64,000 nt of DNA from an uncultured Pseudomonadota bacterium (lineage in GTDB: Bacteria > Myxococcota_A > Polyangia > Fen-1088). The DNA is taken from assembly GCA_963831685.1 (NCBI GenBank), contig CAWHRJ010000004.1, forward strand, positions 448,812 to 512,811, in the 5' to 3' direction. The position numbers were made by a program, and so were the translations under genes. The notes beneath the pieces were generated by a model, which saw only the letters and a program-made list of their open reading frames with translations, ran no database searches and was not told where the DNA came from. Positions 9,095 through 17,383 of this stretch are shown here, in pieces (position 1 is the first letter of the stretch; every line of letters begins with the position of its first letter).

Positions 9095-10782
9095 AGTTTC
9101 TGACCCCGCCGGCGGGTGCGCCGGCCCAGGTAGCGCAGGATTCCGAAGCCGATGAAGAGCGCCGGCACGCCTGCGATGTTGATCACCTTGACCGCGACCA
9201 CCGAGCCGTCCGAGCCGACCTCGATCGGGCGCGCGGCGACGGTCTTGCTCCGCACGGGCGTCAGCGTCTCGTCCTCCAGCGTCCAGCTGACGGCGTTGAA
9301 CAGCATCTGGGCGCCCCCCTGGTAGAACGGGAGGTAGCGCGAGAGCTGCAGGTACTCGTCGGAGGCGAAGTCGGAGTCACCCACCACCACCAGCCGCACC
9401 GGCTTCTTCGACTCCGAGGGCGGCGCGTTCGCCGGCTCGGGGACGGACATGCCGGCCGGCGCGGCCGGCGCGTAGGCGCTCTTGAGAAGCCCCTGGTAGG
9501 CGTAGGCCAGGCCGAACACGCCGTGGTCCTTGGGGTCCTTGGCCTCCTCGATGTCGGCCATCGGCGCGAAGAAGAAGAAGCCGGTCTGCTTCCAGGCTTC
9601 GGGCGACGAGGCCGCCAGCGTCCAGAGCTTGGCGCCCGGCGTCTGCACCTTGCCGTCGGCCAGCGGGCCGACGAGCGAGACCGAGCTCGGGAAGGGGAAG
9701 ACCACCGCGTTCACGCCCGCCAGGATCGAGTTGTCCTTGTCGGCCTGCTCGGTCTTGACCCCCACGAACACCGGCAGGTTCTTGAGCATCTTGCGCCCGC
9801 CGGCGTCGATCGGGCCGGGGACGTTCTGCCGGTCGAACACGAAGTCCTCGCCGATCTTGAACCCGTACTTCTCCAGCAGCTCGTTCATGCCGGTGTTGTT
9901 GACCTGCCCGATCTTGGGCGAGGCGCCGGCCGGCATCTGGCCGCGCGGCGATCCCAGCGCCATCCCGTCGATGAGGAAGATCGCCCCGCGCCCCTTCATG
10001 AGGAAGCTGTCGATCTCGTGGCGCCCCTTGTCGTCGAACGGCTGCTTGGGGCCGCCCACGACCAGCGCGTCGACGTCGTCGCCGATCGCCGCCGTCGACG
10101 GGTTGACGGTGGTCGAGTCGAACTCCTGATCGACGACGTGCTTGAGGAAGGTGAACCCCTGCGTGAGGTCCTGCTCGCCGTGGCCGGTGGTGAAGGCGAC
10201 CTTGCGCTTCTTCTGGGTCAGCCGCTTGATCATCGAGGAGACCTCGTACTCGAGGCCCTCGACCTGGCTGATCTCCGGGATGGCGTCGTCCTTCCCCTGG
10301 TACTGGAAGCAGAGACCGAGCCAGTAGGTGCCGACCTCGAACTTCTGCGAGCGCATCACCTGGATCTGGAGCTTCTGCACCTTGCAGGCGGTGGCCTCGT
10401 CCTCGATCTTCTTGTCGGAAGCAGGATCGAACGCCTCGAAGCGGAGCTTCCCCTTCGAGTAGGTTCGGTAGTCGTCCATCATGTCGCGCACGTACTGGCT
10501 CGTGTTGGCCAGCTCCGGCGGCAGGTTCTCGGAGATGTACGCCTTGACCGTCAGGTAGTCGGGGAGCGCGCGAACGATCCCCTTCGAGGCGTCGGAGAGC
10601 GTGTAGACCTTGTTCTGCGTCAGATCGAGCCGGCCGAAGAGCCGCGTCGAGATCAGGTTCACCGCCACGACGGCGCCGATGATCAGCAGGACGTAGGTGG
10701 TGGCGTTCGAGGCGGAGCTGCGCTTGCGCAGGTTCATCTCCGACTTGTCCGACTTGCCTCGGTCGGTCTCTTCGGTCGCCAT
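9091..10782 (-). CDS. GldG-like ABC-transporter auxiliary protein
   Basis: ATG at 10782 sits 5 nt after GGAGGT. It has an N-terminal TM, a large periplasmic domain and a C-terminal TM (VINIAGVPALFIGFGILRYL). It follows an ABC-2 permease. Confidence 0.8.
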   Translation of the reverse strand: MATEETDRGKSDKSEMNLRKRSSASNATTYVLLIIGAVVAVNLISTRLFGRLDLTQNKVYTLSDASKGIVRALPDYLTVKAYISENLPPELANTSQYVRDMMDDYRTYSKGKLRFEAFDPASDKKIEDEATACKVQKLQIQVMRSQKFEVGTYWLGLCFQYQGKDDAIPEISQVEGLEYEVSSMIKRLTQKKRKVAFTTGHGEQDLTQGFTFLKHVVDQEFDSTTVNPSTAAIGDDVDALVVGGPKQPFDDKGRHEIDSFLMKGRGAIFLIDGMALGSPRGQMPAGASPKIGQVNNTGMNELLEKYGFKIGEDFVFDRQNVPGPIDAGGRKMLKNLPVFVGVKTEQADKDNSILAGVNAVVFPFPSSVSLVGPLADGKVQTPGAKLWTLAASSPEAWKQTGFFFFAPMADIEEAKDPKDHGVFGLAYAYQGLLKSAYAPAAPAGMSVPEPANAPPSESKKPVRLVVVGDSDFASDEYLQLSRYLPFYQGGAQMLFNAVSWTLEDETLTPVRSKTVAARPIEVGSDGSVVAVKVINIAGVPALFIGFGILRYLGRRTRRRGQKL

Positions 10783-10784
10783 GG

Positions 10785-11495
10785 TTACCTCCACCGCCGT
10801 GATTCGAGGGAGAGCGTCGCGATCAGCAGCGAGACGCCCATCACCGACAGGTAGTAGATGAGGTCCCGCGTGTCGATGACGCCACGCCCGATGTTCTCGA
10901 AGTGGCCGTCGATGCTGAGAAAGGCCACCAGCTTCTGCAGGGCCTCGGGCAGGAACTGGGTCAGCTTCCCCAGGAGGTAGAGCGCGAAGGAGATGGCGAA
11001 CGCCACGATGAACGAGACGATCGAGTTGCGCGTGAGCGACGAGGCCATCACGCCGATGGAGACGTAGGCGCCGCCCATGAGCACGAGGCCCAGGTAGCCT
11101 CCGATGGTCGGGCCGCGATCGAGCGGCCCCAGCGTCTTCACGGTGATCGCGAAGACCAGCGTCAGCCCGATCGCCGTGCAGAGCAGTGCCATCGCCGCCA
11201 GGAACTTGCCGACCACCACCTCCCAGTCACGCACCGGCATGGTGATGAGCAGCTCCAGCGTCCCGCTCGACTTCTCGTCGGCCAGGAGCCGCATGGTGAT
11301 CGCCGGAATGAGAAACATGAACAGCAGCGGCATGATGTTGAAGAAGCCGCGCATGTCGGCCTGCTTCTCCAGAAACAGCTGGGTGAAGAACAGGTAACCG
11401 GTGATGACCAGAAAAACCGGGACGACGATGTACGCCACCGGCGAGTTGAAGTAGGTGCGGATCTCGCGCCGCGAGATCACCAGCGCGGGGCTCAT
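10785..11495 (-). CDS. ABC-2 type permease (GldF-like)
   Basis: Six predicted TM segments and an ABC-2 family pattern. The start overlaps the ATPase stop (ATGA). Confidence 0.85.
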   Translation of the reverse strand: MSPALVISRREIRTYFNSPVAYIVVPVFLVITGYLFFTQLFLEKQADMRGFFNIMPLLFMFLIPAITMRLLADEKSSGTLELLITMPVRDWEVVVGKFLAAMALLCTAIGLTLVFAITVKTLGPLDRGPTIGGYLGLVLMGGAYVSIGVMASSLTRNSIVSFIVAFAISFALYLLGKLTQFLPEALQKLVAFLSIDGHFENIGRGVIDTRDLIYYLSVMGVSLLIATLSLESRRWR

Positions 11496-12472
11496 GAGTT
11501 CCCTTTCTCGGCTTCGGCGACGACGTCGCCAGTTGTCAGGTTGCGGAACACGTCCTCGAGAGACGCCGACTCGCGCAGGAGCTCGAGCAGCGTCCAGCGG
11601 TTGTCGACGGCGGCGCGGAAGATCGGCTTGCGCAGATCGGTCGCCGCCGACGCGTCGATCGCGAAGGCGTGCGACCCCTCCTCGCCGGCGATCATCTCGC
11701 AGTGGGCGACGCCGGCCAGGCTGGCCAGCCGGTCGCGGATCGCCTCCTTGACGACGCCGTTGGACTCCACGACCACCCGGTAGCGGCCCCCCTTCTCGCG
11801 GGCGCGCAACGAATCGGGCGTGCCGTCGGCGACCAGCCTGCCGCCGCTGATGATCAGGATGCGGCTGCAGGTCGCCTGGACCTCCGGCAGGATGTGCGTC
11901 GAGAGGATGACCGTCTTCTCGCGGCCGATCTCCTTGATGAGCGACCGGATCTCGACGATCTGGTTCGGGTCGAGGCCGCTGGTCGGCTCGTCGAGGATCA
12001 GGATGTCGGGGTCGTGCAGCATCGCCTGCGCGAGGCCGACGCGCTGGCGGAACCCCTTCGACAGCTCACCGACCAGCTTGCCGGCCACCTCGCCGAGGCC
12101 ACAGCGCTGCCCGACCTCCTTGATCCGCTCGCCGCGCCTGCCGGGCTCCATCCCCCGCATCGCGGCGGCGAACTCGAGGAACTCGAGCACCGTCATGTCG
12201 CGGTAGATCGGCGTGTCCTCGGGGAGGTAGCCGATCCGCCGGCGCACCTCGAGCGACTCGTCGAACACGTCGTGGCCCGCCACCCGCGCCCGACCGCTGG
12301 TCGGCGACAGGAAGCAGGTCAGCATCTTCATCGTGGTCGACTTCCCGGCGCCGTTCGGCCCCAGGAACCCCAGGACCTCGCCCTTGCGGACCGAGAAGCT
12401 CACGTGGTCCACGGCCCGGGTCGGCCCGTAGTCCTTGGTCAGTCCGTCGACCTCAATCATCACGTCCGACAT
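11492..12472 (-). CDS. ABC transporter ATP-binding protein (GldA-like)
   Basis: Walker A GPNGAGKST, signature LSKGFRQRV, Walker B ILILDEPTSGLD. ATG at 12472 sits 5 nt after GAGGTG; the track ORF starts at GTG 12478. Confidence 0.93.
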   Translation of the reverse strand: MSDVMIEVDGLTKDYGPTRAVDHVSFSVRKGEVLGFLGPNGAGKSTTMKMLTCFLSPTSGRARVAGHDVFDESLEVRRRIGYLPEDTPIYRDMTVLEFLEFAAAMRGMEPGRRGERIKEVGQRCGLGEVAGKLVGELSKGFRQRVGLAQAMLHDPDILILDEPTSGLDPNQIVEIRSLIKEIGREKTVILSTHILPEVQATCSRILIISGGRLVADGTPDSLRAREKGGRYRVVVESNGVVKEAIRDRLASLAGVAHCEMIAGEEGSHAFAIDASAATDLRKPIFRAAVDNRWTLLELLRESASLEDVFRNLTTGDVVAEAEKGNS

Positions 12473-12489
12473 CGGCACCTCATCGTCCA

Positions 12490-12518
12490 GTGGGGCAAGT
12501 GGGCAAGGATAGTGGGCA
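12490..12518. repeat. Three direct copies of GTGGG(G)CA[AG]G in the ABC-operon leader (TGCCCAC on the coding strand)
   Basis: Copies are at 12490-12497, 12499-12505 and 12512-12518, read directly. They lie immediately upstream of the ABC ATPase ribosome-binding site. Confidence 0.4.
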
Positions 12519-12695
12519 GGGGAGATGGCTGGCTTGTTCGCGGCCTAACTCCGGCCGCATCCAGGTTATTCCCGCTGCCGGGGCTACCTACGACGGGGGC
12601 CGCCGGGCTGTCAAGCGCCACGACACGGCCGAGCCATTGTGATTTCCTGCCGATCCGGCTGAGCAGACGCCTCCGTAGTTCCCGGCGGAGGTGAG

Positions 12696-14309
12696 ATGCA
12701 AGGAAACAGAACCGGAAAGACATTGGCCCTGCTGGCCACGCTGGGCTTTGGGACCCTCGCCGCAGGCTGCGGCAATCAATCGGAGGGCGCGTCGCCGCCG
12801 AGCGTCGCGCAGCAGGGGGCCTCGGAGGTGATCGACAGCTTCGAGACCGGCAGCGCGGCGGCCTGGACGCCGTTTTCGACCGGCGGCTCCACGATCCACG
12901 CCGCCGACGCGACGGTCCACGCGGACGGCGCCGCGAGCTCGACCGAGCTCACATACGACGTGGCGGCTGCCGGCTCGGCGGGCCTCGAGCGTGACTTTTC
13001 GTCGCCGCAGGACTGGTCGGCCGCCCCGGGGCTCACCCTGTGGGTCAACGGCCGAAACACGGGCGACACCTTCCTGGTCCAGATCTACGACGCCGGCCAT
13101 GAACGCTGGGAGTCGCGCTTCAAGGTCGACTTCACCGGGTGGCGCGAGATCGCCGTCCCCTTCTCGGGCCTGACCGCAGCCGCCTGGCAACCCCAGGACG
13201 CGCGCGTCGATGGCGTGCAGGACTTCGGCGGCGTGACCGGAATGGCGCTCGTCCCGTCGGAGAGCCCAGGTTCCGGCCTCCTCGACCTCGACACGCTCGC
13301 GCTCGGAACGCTCGCCACGTCGTCGCCCCAGTCGGGCACCGGCGCCGGGCGGCCGACCACCACCCCGACCGCGGCGCCCACGACGTCGCCGGACCCGACC
13401 CCGGCCGTGACGCCGACGCCCTCGGCGGCACCGACCCCGCCTGCGGCCCCGACCGCGACGCCGGCCACTCCCACCACGCCGCCCACGACGTCGGCGCCGA
13501 CCGCGCCCGCGACGCCGACGGCGACGCCGGCCGCGACGCCGGCCGCGACGCCGACGGTGACGCCGACCGCGGCCCCGACTGCGGCACCGGCGACCGCTCC
13601 GACCGCGGCCCCGACGGCCTCCGCGCCGAGCGGTCCCGTCACCGGGACGATCATCCCGCTCTACACGTCGCCAGCGGATCCCTCCTGGGCCACGGTGGCG
13701 GCGGCCAAGGCCGCGCACCCCGCGGTACCGGTCCTGGCGGTCGTCAACCCATCGAACGGTCCGGGCGGCGCGGCGGCGTCTGAGTACGCCGCGGGTATCG
13801 CCAAGCTGGCCGCCGCCGGGGTGAAGGTGATCGGCTACGTCCACACCTCTTGGGGGGCCCGGCCCACCGCCGAGCTCCAGGCCGAGATGAGCCAGTGGAA
13901 GAGCTGGTACCCGGGCGTGAGCGGCATCTTCTTCGACGAGATGGCCAACCAGGCGGGGCAGGAGTCCTACTACGCGGGCCTCACGAGCTATGCCAAGGGC
14001 CACGGGTTCGATTTCACGATCGGCAATCCGGGCTCGGACTCGTCTCCGACCTACGTCGGGACCGAGGACGTGATCCTCATCTACGAGAACGGCGGCCTCC
14101 CGTCGGTGACGGCGCTCGGCGGCTGGCACGCGTCGTACCCGCGCACCAACTTCGGCGTCATCCCGTATGCCGTCGGCAGCCTCGACGGTTCGTTCATCCA
14201 GGCGGCGAAGCCGTACGTGGCTTACATCTATCTGCAGAGCGACAACCTGCCGAATCCGTGGGACAGCGTCCCGCCGTATCTCGCCGACCTGGTGGCTGCC
14301 CTCGGCTGA
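12696..14309 (+). CDS. Secreted lipoprotein: N-terminal carbohydrate-binding-like beta-sandwich, Pro/Thr/Ala linker, C-terminal spherulin-4-like (GH135-type) domain
   Basis: Lipobox LAAGC. The C-terminal domain reads IIPLYTSPADPSW...VLAVVNPSNGPG...GVSGIFFDEMAN, which matches my memory of the spherulation-specific family 4 / Sph3 family. Confidence 0.8.
   Translation: MQGNRTGKTLALLATLGFGTLAAGCGNQSEGASPPSVAQQGASEVIDSFETGSAAAWTPFSTGGSTIHAADATVHADGAASSTELTYDVAAAGSAGLERDFSSPQDWSAAPGLTLWVNGRNTGDTFLVQIYDAGHERWESRFKVDFTGWREIAVPFSGLTAAAWQPQDARVDGVQDFGGVTGMALVPSESPGSGLLDLDTLALGTLATSSPQSGTGAGRPTTTPTAAPTTSPDPTPAVTPTPSAAPTPPAAPTATPATPTTPPTTSAPTAPATPTATPAATPAATPTVTPTAAPTAAPATAPTAAPTASAPSGPVTGTIIPLYTSPADPSWATVAAAKAAHPAVPVLAVVNPSNGPGGAAASEYAAGIAKLAAAGVKVIGYVHTSWGARPTAELQAEMSQWKSWYPGVSGIFFDEMANQAGQESYYAGLTSYAKGHGFDFTIGNPGSDSSPTYVGTEDVILIYENGGLPSVTALGGWHASYPRTNFGVIPYAVGSLDGSFIQAAKPYVAYIYLQSDNLPNPWDSVPPYLADLVAALG
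13320..13634 (+). repeat. Low-complexity Pro/Thr/Ala linker-coding region (about 105 aa of PT/AP repeats)
   Basis: The translation is TTTPTAAPTTSPDPTPAVTPTPSAAPTPPAAPTATPATPTTPPTT...APTAAPTASAP. The DNA is iterated gcgacgccg/accgcggcc units. Confidence 0.8.
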
Positions 14310-14344
14310 GCCCCGTTTGGCGCCCGAGCCCGGCGCCTCGACGA

Positions 14345-16687
14345 TCAGCAGTCGCTGTCTGTCACAGAAGTGCAGCCGGTCGGGCAGCAGTGATCCGAGC
14401 CGGCGGTCGAGCACGTCGTGATCGGGACGTGGCGGCAGGCGGAGTTGCAGGAGAGAGGATCGCCGACCAGCTGCTCCAGCGTGCACGGGTCGCCGTCGTC
14501 CGGGCAGGTGGTCGGGCAGGTGGTCGGAGGGTCGCAGGTCTCCCCGGCGCCGATGTGGCCGTCCCGGCAGGTCGGGGCGCAATCGCTGTCAGTGGCGGCG
14601 GTGCAGCCCGCGGGGCAGCAGCCATCGTTGTCGAGGCAGGCGACGACGGCGAAGTGCGTGCACCGGCGCGTGCAGTTCTGCACCGAGCCGCTGGCGATGT
14701 CGGTCGTGCAGGCGTCCGCGTCGTCGCAGGTCCGCGCGCAGGCGCCCGGCATGCCGGCGGTGATCGCCCGATCGCATTGCTCGCCCGCCTCGATGACCCC
14801 GTCGCCGCAGACGGCGGGACAGTCGGGATCGGTGGCGGCGGTGCAGCCCGCGGGGCAGCAGCCGTCGCCGCGCGCGCAGGCGCTGATCGGCGTGGCGACG
14901 CAGAGCGAGCTGCAGGTGCTGGGCGACCCGACCAAGGTCAACTTGGTGCAGGCGTTCGGCGCCGCGGGGCAAGCCGCGGGGCACGAGCCCGCGACCCCCT
15001 TGTCGCAGGTCTCGACCGGCGGGTCGACGACGCCGTCTCCGCACACGCCCGCGCAGTCCGCGTCGACGGTGAGGTCGCCGCCCGGCGGACAGCAGCCGTC
15101 GCCGGGCACGAAGGCCGTCACCGGCAGGTGGACGCAGCTGGCCGCGCAGGTTCCACCCGAGAGCAGGAGGTCGGTGGTGCAGGGATCGCCGTCGTCGCAG
15201 GCTGTCGGGCAGGCGCCCGGGTTGCCGGCCGAGATCGCGACGTCGCAGCTCTCGTCGATCTGGACCTTGCCGTCGCCGCAGGTCGCCGAGCAATCGGGAT
15301 CGGTGGCGGCGGTGCACCCGGCCGGGCAGCAGCCGTCGCTCTGCGGGCTGCAGGCCGCGATCGGGCTCGAGACACAGGTGGCGGTGCAGGCGCTCGTCGA
15401 GCCGGTCAGCGCCGTCTGCACGCAAGCCGACGGCGACGGAGGACAGCTCGTGGGGCAGGCGCCGGGCCCGACCGCCGCGCTGTCGCACGACTCGCCCGGT
15501 TCGACGACGCCGTCGCCGCAGCGGCCGGGGCAGTCGGTGTCGGTGACGCCGGTGCCGCCGTCCGGGCAACAGCCGTCGCCCGAGGTGGGGGTCGTGATCG
15601 ACGTGTGGGCGCATTTCACGGTGCAGCCGTTACCCACCAGAAAGTCGTTGGTGCAGCTCTTGCCGTCGTCGCAGTTGGTCGGGCAACTTCCGGCCTTCGG
15701 CGGCACGATCCCGACGTCGCACGATTCGCCCGTCCCCACCACTCCGTCGCCGCAGCTCTGCGGGCAATCGGTGTCGGTGGCGTAGGTCGCACCCGGCGGA
15801 CAGCAGCCGTCACCTCCCTGCGGCAGAATCCCCTGCTGGTAGTGCATGCAGATCGCCTGGCAGGTCGCGGGCGATACCAGCAGGCTGACGGCGCACGGAT
15901 CGGTGGACGTACACTCGCCCGAAGTCGGACAGGCGCCGGGGAGGCCGGGGGCGATCGCCGTGTCGCAGGTCTCGCCGGGGTCGACCTGTCCGTTGCCGCA
16001 GGTCGGGGAGCAGTCCGAATCGAGCGCGTGTGTCGTCGACGCCGGACAGCACCCGTCGCTTGTCGGGGGCGTGGCCGTAATCAGGACGTGCGTGCAGGAG
16101 AGGGTGCAGCCGCTGCCCGCCGGTATGTCGACCGTGCACGCCACACCATCGTCGCAGTCGGCCGGCGGGCATGCGCCGGGATCGCCGGCGGCGATGGCGA
16201 CGTCGCAGGTCTCGCCGGGGTCGACGCGCCCGTTGCCGCAGCGGGGGCTGGTGGCCGCGTCGGCCCCGCCATCGGCGCCCGAGCTGCCGCCGGTACCGCC
16301 CGTGCACGGGCCGCCACCGCAGGTTAGGCCCACATAGACGGTCGGGCGGCCGTTGGGGCCGACGATCGTCGAGGCGACCCGTCCGGTCGCGACGGGCGAC
16401 CCGGTTGGCCCGAGGGCGGTGACCGCAACGCTGATGTTCCCCGTCGCGTTCGGCGGCAGGTCGGCCCCGAGCGTGGTCGGAAAGGCGATCGGCTCGCCGT
16501 CGGGACGCGCGTAGACGTTGGACGCTGCGCCCGCGGGCCCCGTGATCGTCACGTTCAGCGTGCTCACGGGGGGCGGCGTGCCGGAGGCGGTCACGACCAG
16601 CACCATGACGGCGTCGCCGCTGCTCTGGCAGGCGGCGGCCGAGAGGGCCAATGCCGCGACCATCGGGAGGGCCACCCGGCGCATCAT
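14345..16687 (-). CDS. Cys-rich repeat lipoprotein with eight about 80-aa modules (myxobacterial CGNG..DPGE.CD type)
   Basis: The start ATGATG at 16687 overlaps the upstream stop (TGATGATG). Signal plus lipobox: MMRRVALPMVAALALSAAAC. An Ig-like N-terminal region is followed by eight tandem modules. Confidence 0.85.
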   Translation of the reverse strand: MMRRVALPMVAALALSAAACQSSGDAVMVLVVTASGTPPPVSTLNVTITGPAGAASNVYARPDGEPIAFPTTLGADLPPNATGNISVAVTALGPTGSPVATGRVASTIVGPNGRPTVYVGLTCGGGPCTGGTGGSSGADGGADAATSPRCGNGRVDPGETCDVAIAAGDPGACPPADCDDGVACTVDIPAGSGCTLSCTHVLITATPPTSDGCCPASTTHALDSDCSPTCGNGQVDPGETCDTAIAPGLPGACPTSGECTSTDPCAVSLLVSPATCQAICMHYQQGILPQGGDGCCPPGATYATDTDCPQSCGDGVVGTGESCDVGIVPPKAGSCPTNCDDGKSCTNDFLVGNGCTVKCAHTSITTPTSGDGCCPDGGTGVTDTDCPGRCGDGVVEPGESCDSAAVGPGACPTSCPPSPSACVQTALTGSTSACTATCVSSPIAACSPQSDGCCPAGCTAATDPDCSATCGDGKVQIDESCDVAISAGNPGACPTACDDGDPCTTDLLLSGGTCAASCVHLPVTAFVPGDGCCPPGGDLTVDADCAGVCGDGVVDPPVETCDKGVAGSCPAACPAAPNACTKLTLVGSPSTCSSLCVATPISACARGDGCCPAGCTAATDPDCPAVCGDGVIEAGEQCDRAITAGMPGACARTCDDADACTTDIASGSVQNCTRRCTHFAVVACLDNDGCCPAGCTAATDSDCAPTCRDGHIGAGETCDPPTTCPTTCPDDGDPCTLEQLVGDPLSCNSACRHVPITTCSTAGSDHCCPTGCTSVTDSDC
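14348..16249 (-). repeat. Eight tandem coding repeats (about 240 nt each) of a Cys-rich module
   Basis: Each module has the pattern C[GR][ND]G.V..GE.CD....G.PG.CP..C.D...C..D.......C...C.H..I.....DGCCP.G......D.DC. The pattern is visible in the translation of ORF 14345..16804. Confidence 0.8.
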
Positions 16688-17310
16688 CAGAAGAACTTCT
16701 TGTCCCCGAGATCGGTGCTGGGCGTCGACGTTTCGGATCGGCCGGCCAGTGCCGCCGCGGTCGCGCCGGCCGCCAGCGCCACGCCGATCGCCGTCCAGAG
16801 CCACCAGCGGCGCCAGATCGGCGTGGGGTGCTTGGCGGCCGTCCCCGCCGTCGCGCCCGACGCGGACGTGAGCCCGGCGGCCGGAACGAGTGGGGGTGCG
16901 GCCCGCAGGCCCTCGATCTCCCCGACCCGCCGCTCGGCGATGTCGCGATCCGGCCCGGCCGCGGCGCCCGCCAGGTAGCGCTCGTAATAGAAGAGCGCCT
17001 GTTCGGTCGCGCCGAGCTGGCGGTACGCCTCGGCGATCTGAAACAGGAACTGCGGATCGGCGCGCAGCTCGTAGGCCCGCCGGTACTCGGCGATGGCATC
17101 CTGGTAGCGCCCGAGGAGGTAGAGCCGGTGCCCCTGGGCGACGTGCTCTTCGACCTCGACGTCGGCCGGCGTGGAGGCGGCGGCCGACGTGGCGGCGTCG
17201 GGCGGGGCAGGGGGTGCGCTGCGCGCGGGCCTGGCCGCGAGCACGACGAACGCGAGCAGGAAAGCGAGCAAGAAAGCTCGAAGCGACGCGAGGGGTCTGA
17301 GGCTAAGCAC
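16687..17310 (-). CDS. TPR-containing, Pro/Ala-linker, single-pass membrane protein (cassette 1 anchor)
   Basis: GTG start and a signal/anchor. The TPR block reads HRLYLLGRYQDAIAEYRRAYELRADPQFLFQIAEAYRQLG...YYERYL. The C-terminal TM reads WWLWTAIGVALAAGATAAALA. It is homologous to the product of 34955..35850. Confidence 0.8.
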   Translation of the reverse strand: MLSLRPLASLRAFLLAFLLAFVVLAARPARSAPPAPPDAATSAAASTPADVEVEEHVAQGHRLYLLGRYQDAIAEYRRAYELRADPQFLFQIAEAYRQLGATEQALFYYERYLAGAAAGPDRDIAERRVGEIEGLRAAPPLVPAAGLTSASGATAGTAAKHPTPIWRRWWLWTAIGVALAAGATAAALAGRSETSTPSTDLGDKKFF

Positions 17311-17336
17311 GGAAACCCGCTGCCTTTTCAGGGACG

Positions 17337-17366
17337 ATTCTGCGCCCCGCGCCGCGCCGCCGTCAA
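17337..17366 (-). promoter_or_regulatory. Candidate sigma-70-like promoter TTGACG-N18-CAGAAT for the TPR/Cys-rich operon
   Basis: On the minus strand, TTGACG is at 17366-17361 and CAGAAT at 17342-17337, about 27 nt upstream of the GTG at 17310. This is a pattern match only. Confidence 0.25.
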
Positions 17367-17383
17367 CGCCGCCTCCCGTCCGT

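Noticed and set aside
14319-14337. A GGCGCC-N7-GGCGCC hairpin between the convergent spherulin-like and Cys-rich genes, as a possible bidirectional terminator.
   Set aside because: The stem is only 6 bp, made of a self-complementary hexamer, and has no flanking T/A runs. It is not distinguishable from chance in this composition.
14348-16249. A regularly repeated DNA region that could be mistaken for a CRISPR-like or satellite array.
   Set aside because: The units are about 240 nt, diverged, contiguous with no spacers, and in frame within one long ORF that encodes Cys-rich protein modules. No cas genes are present.
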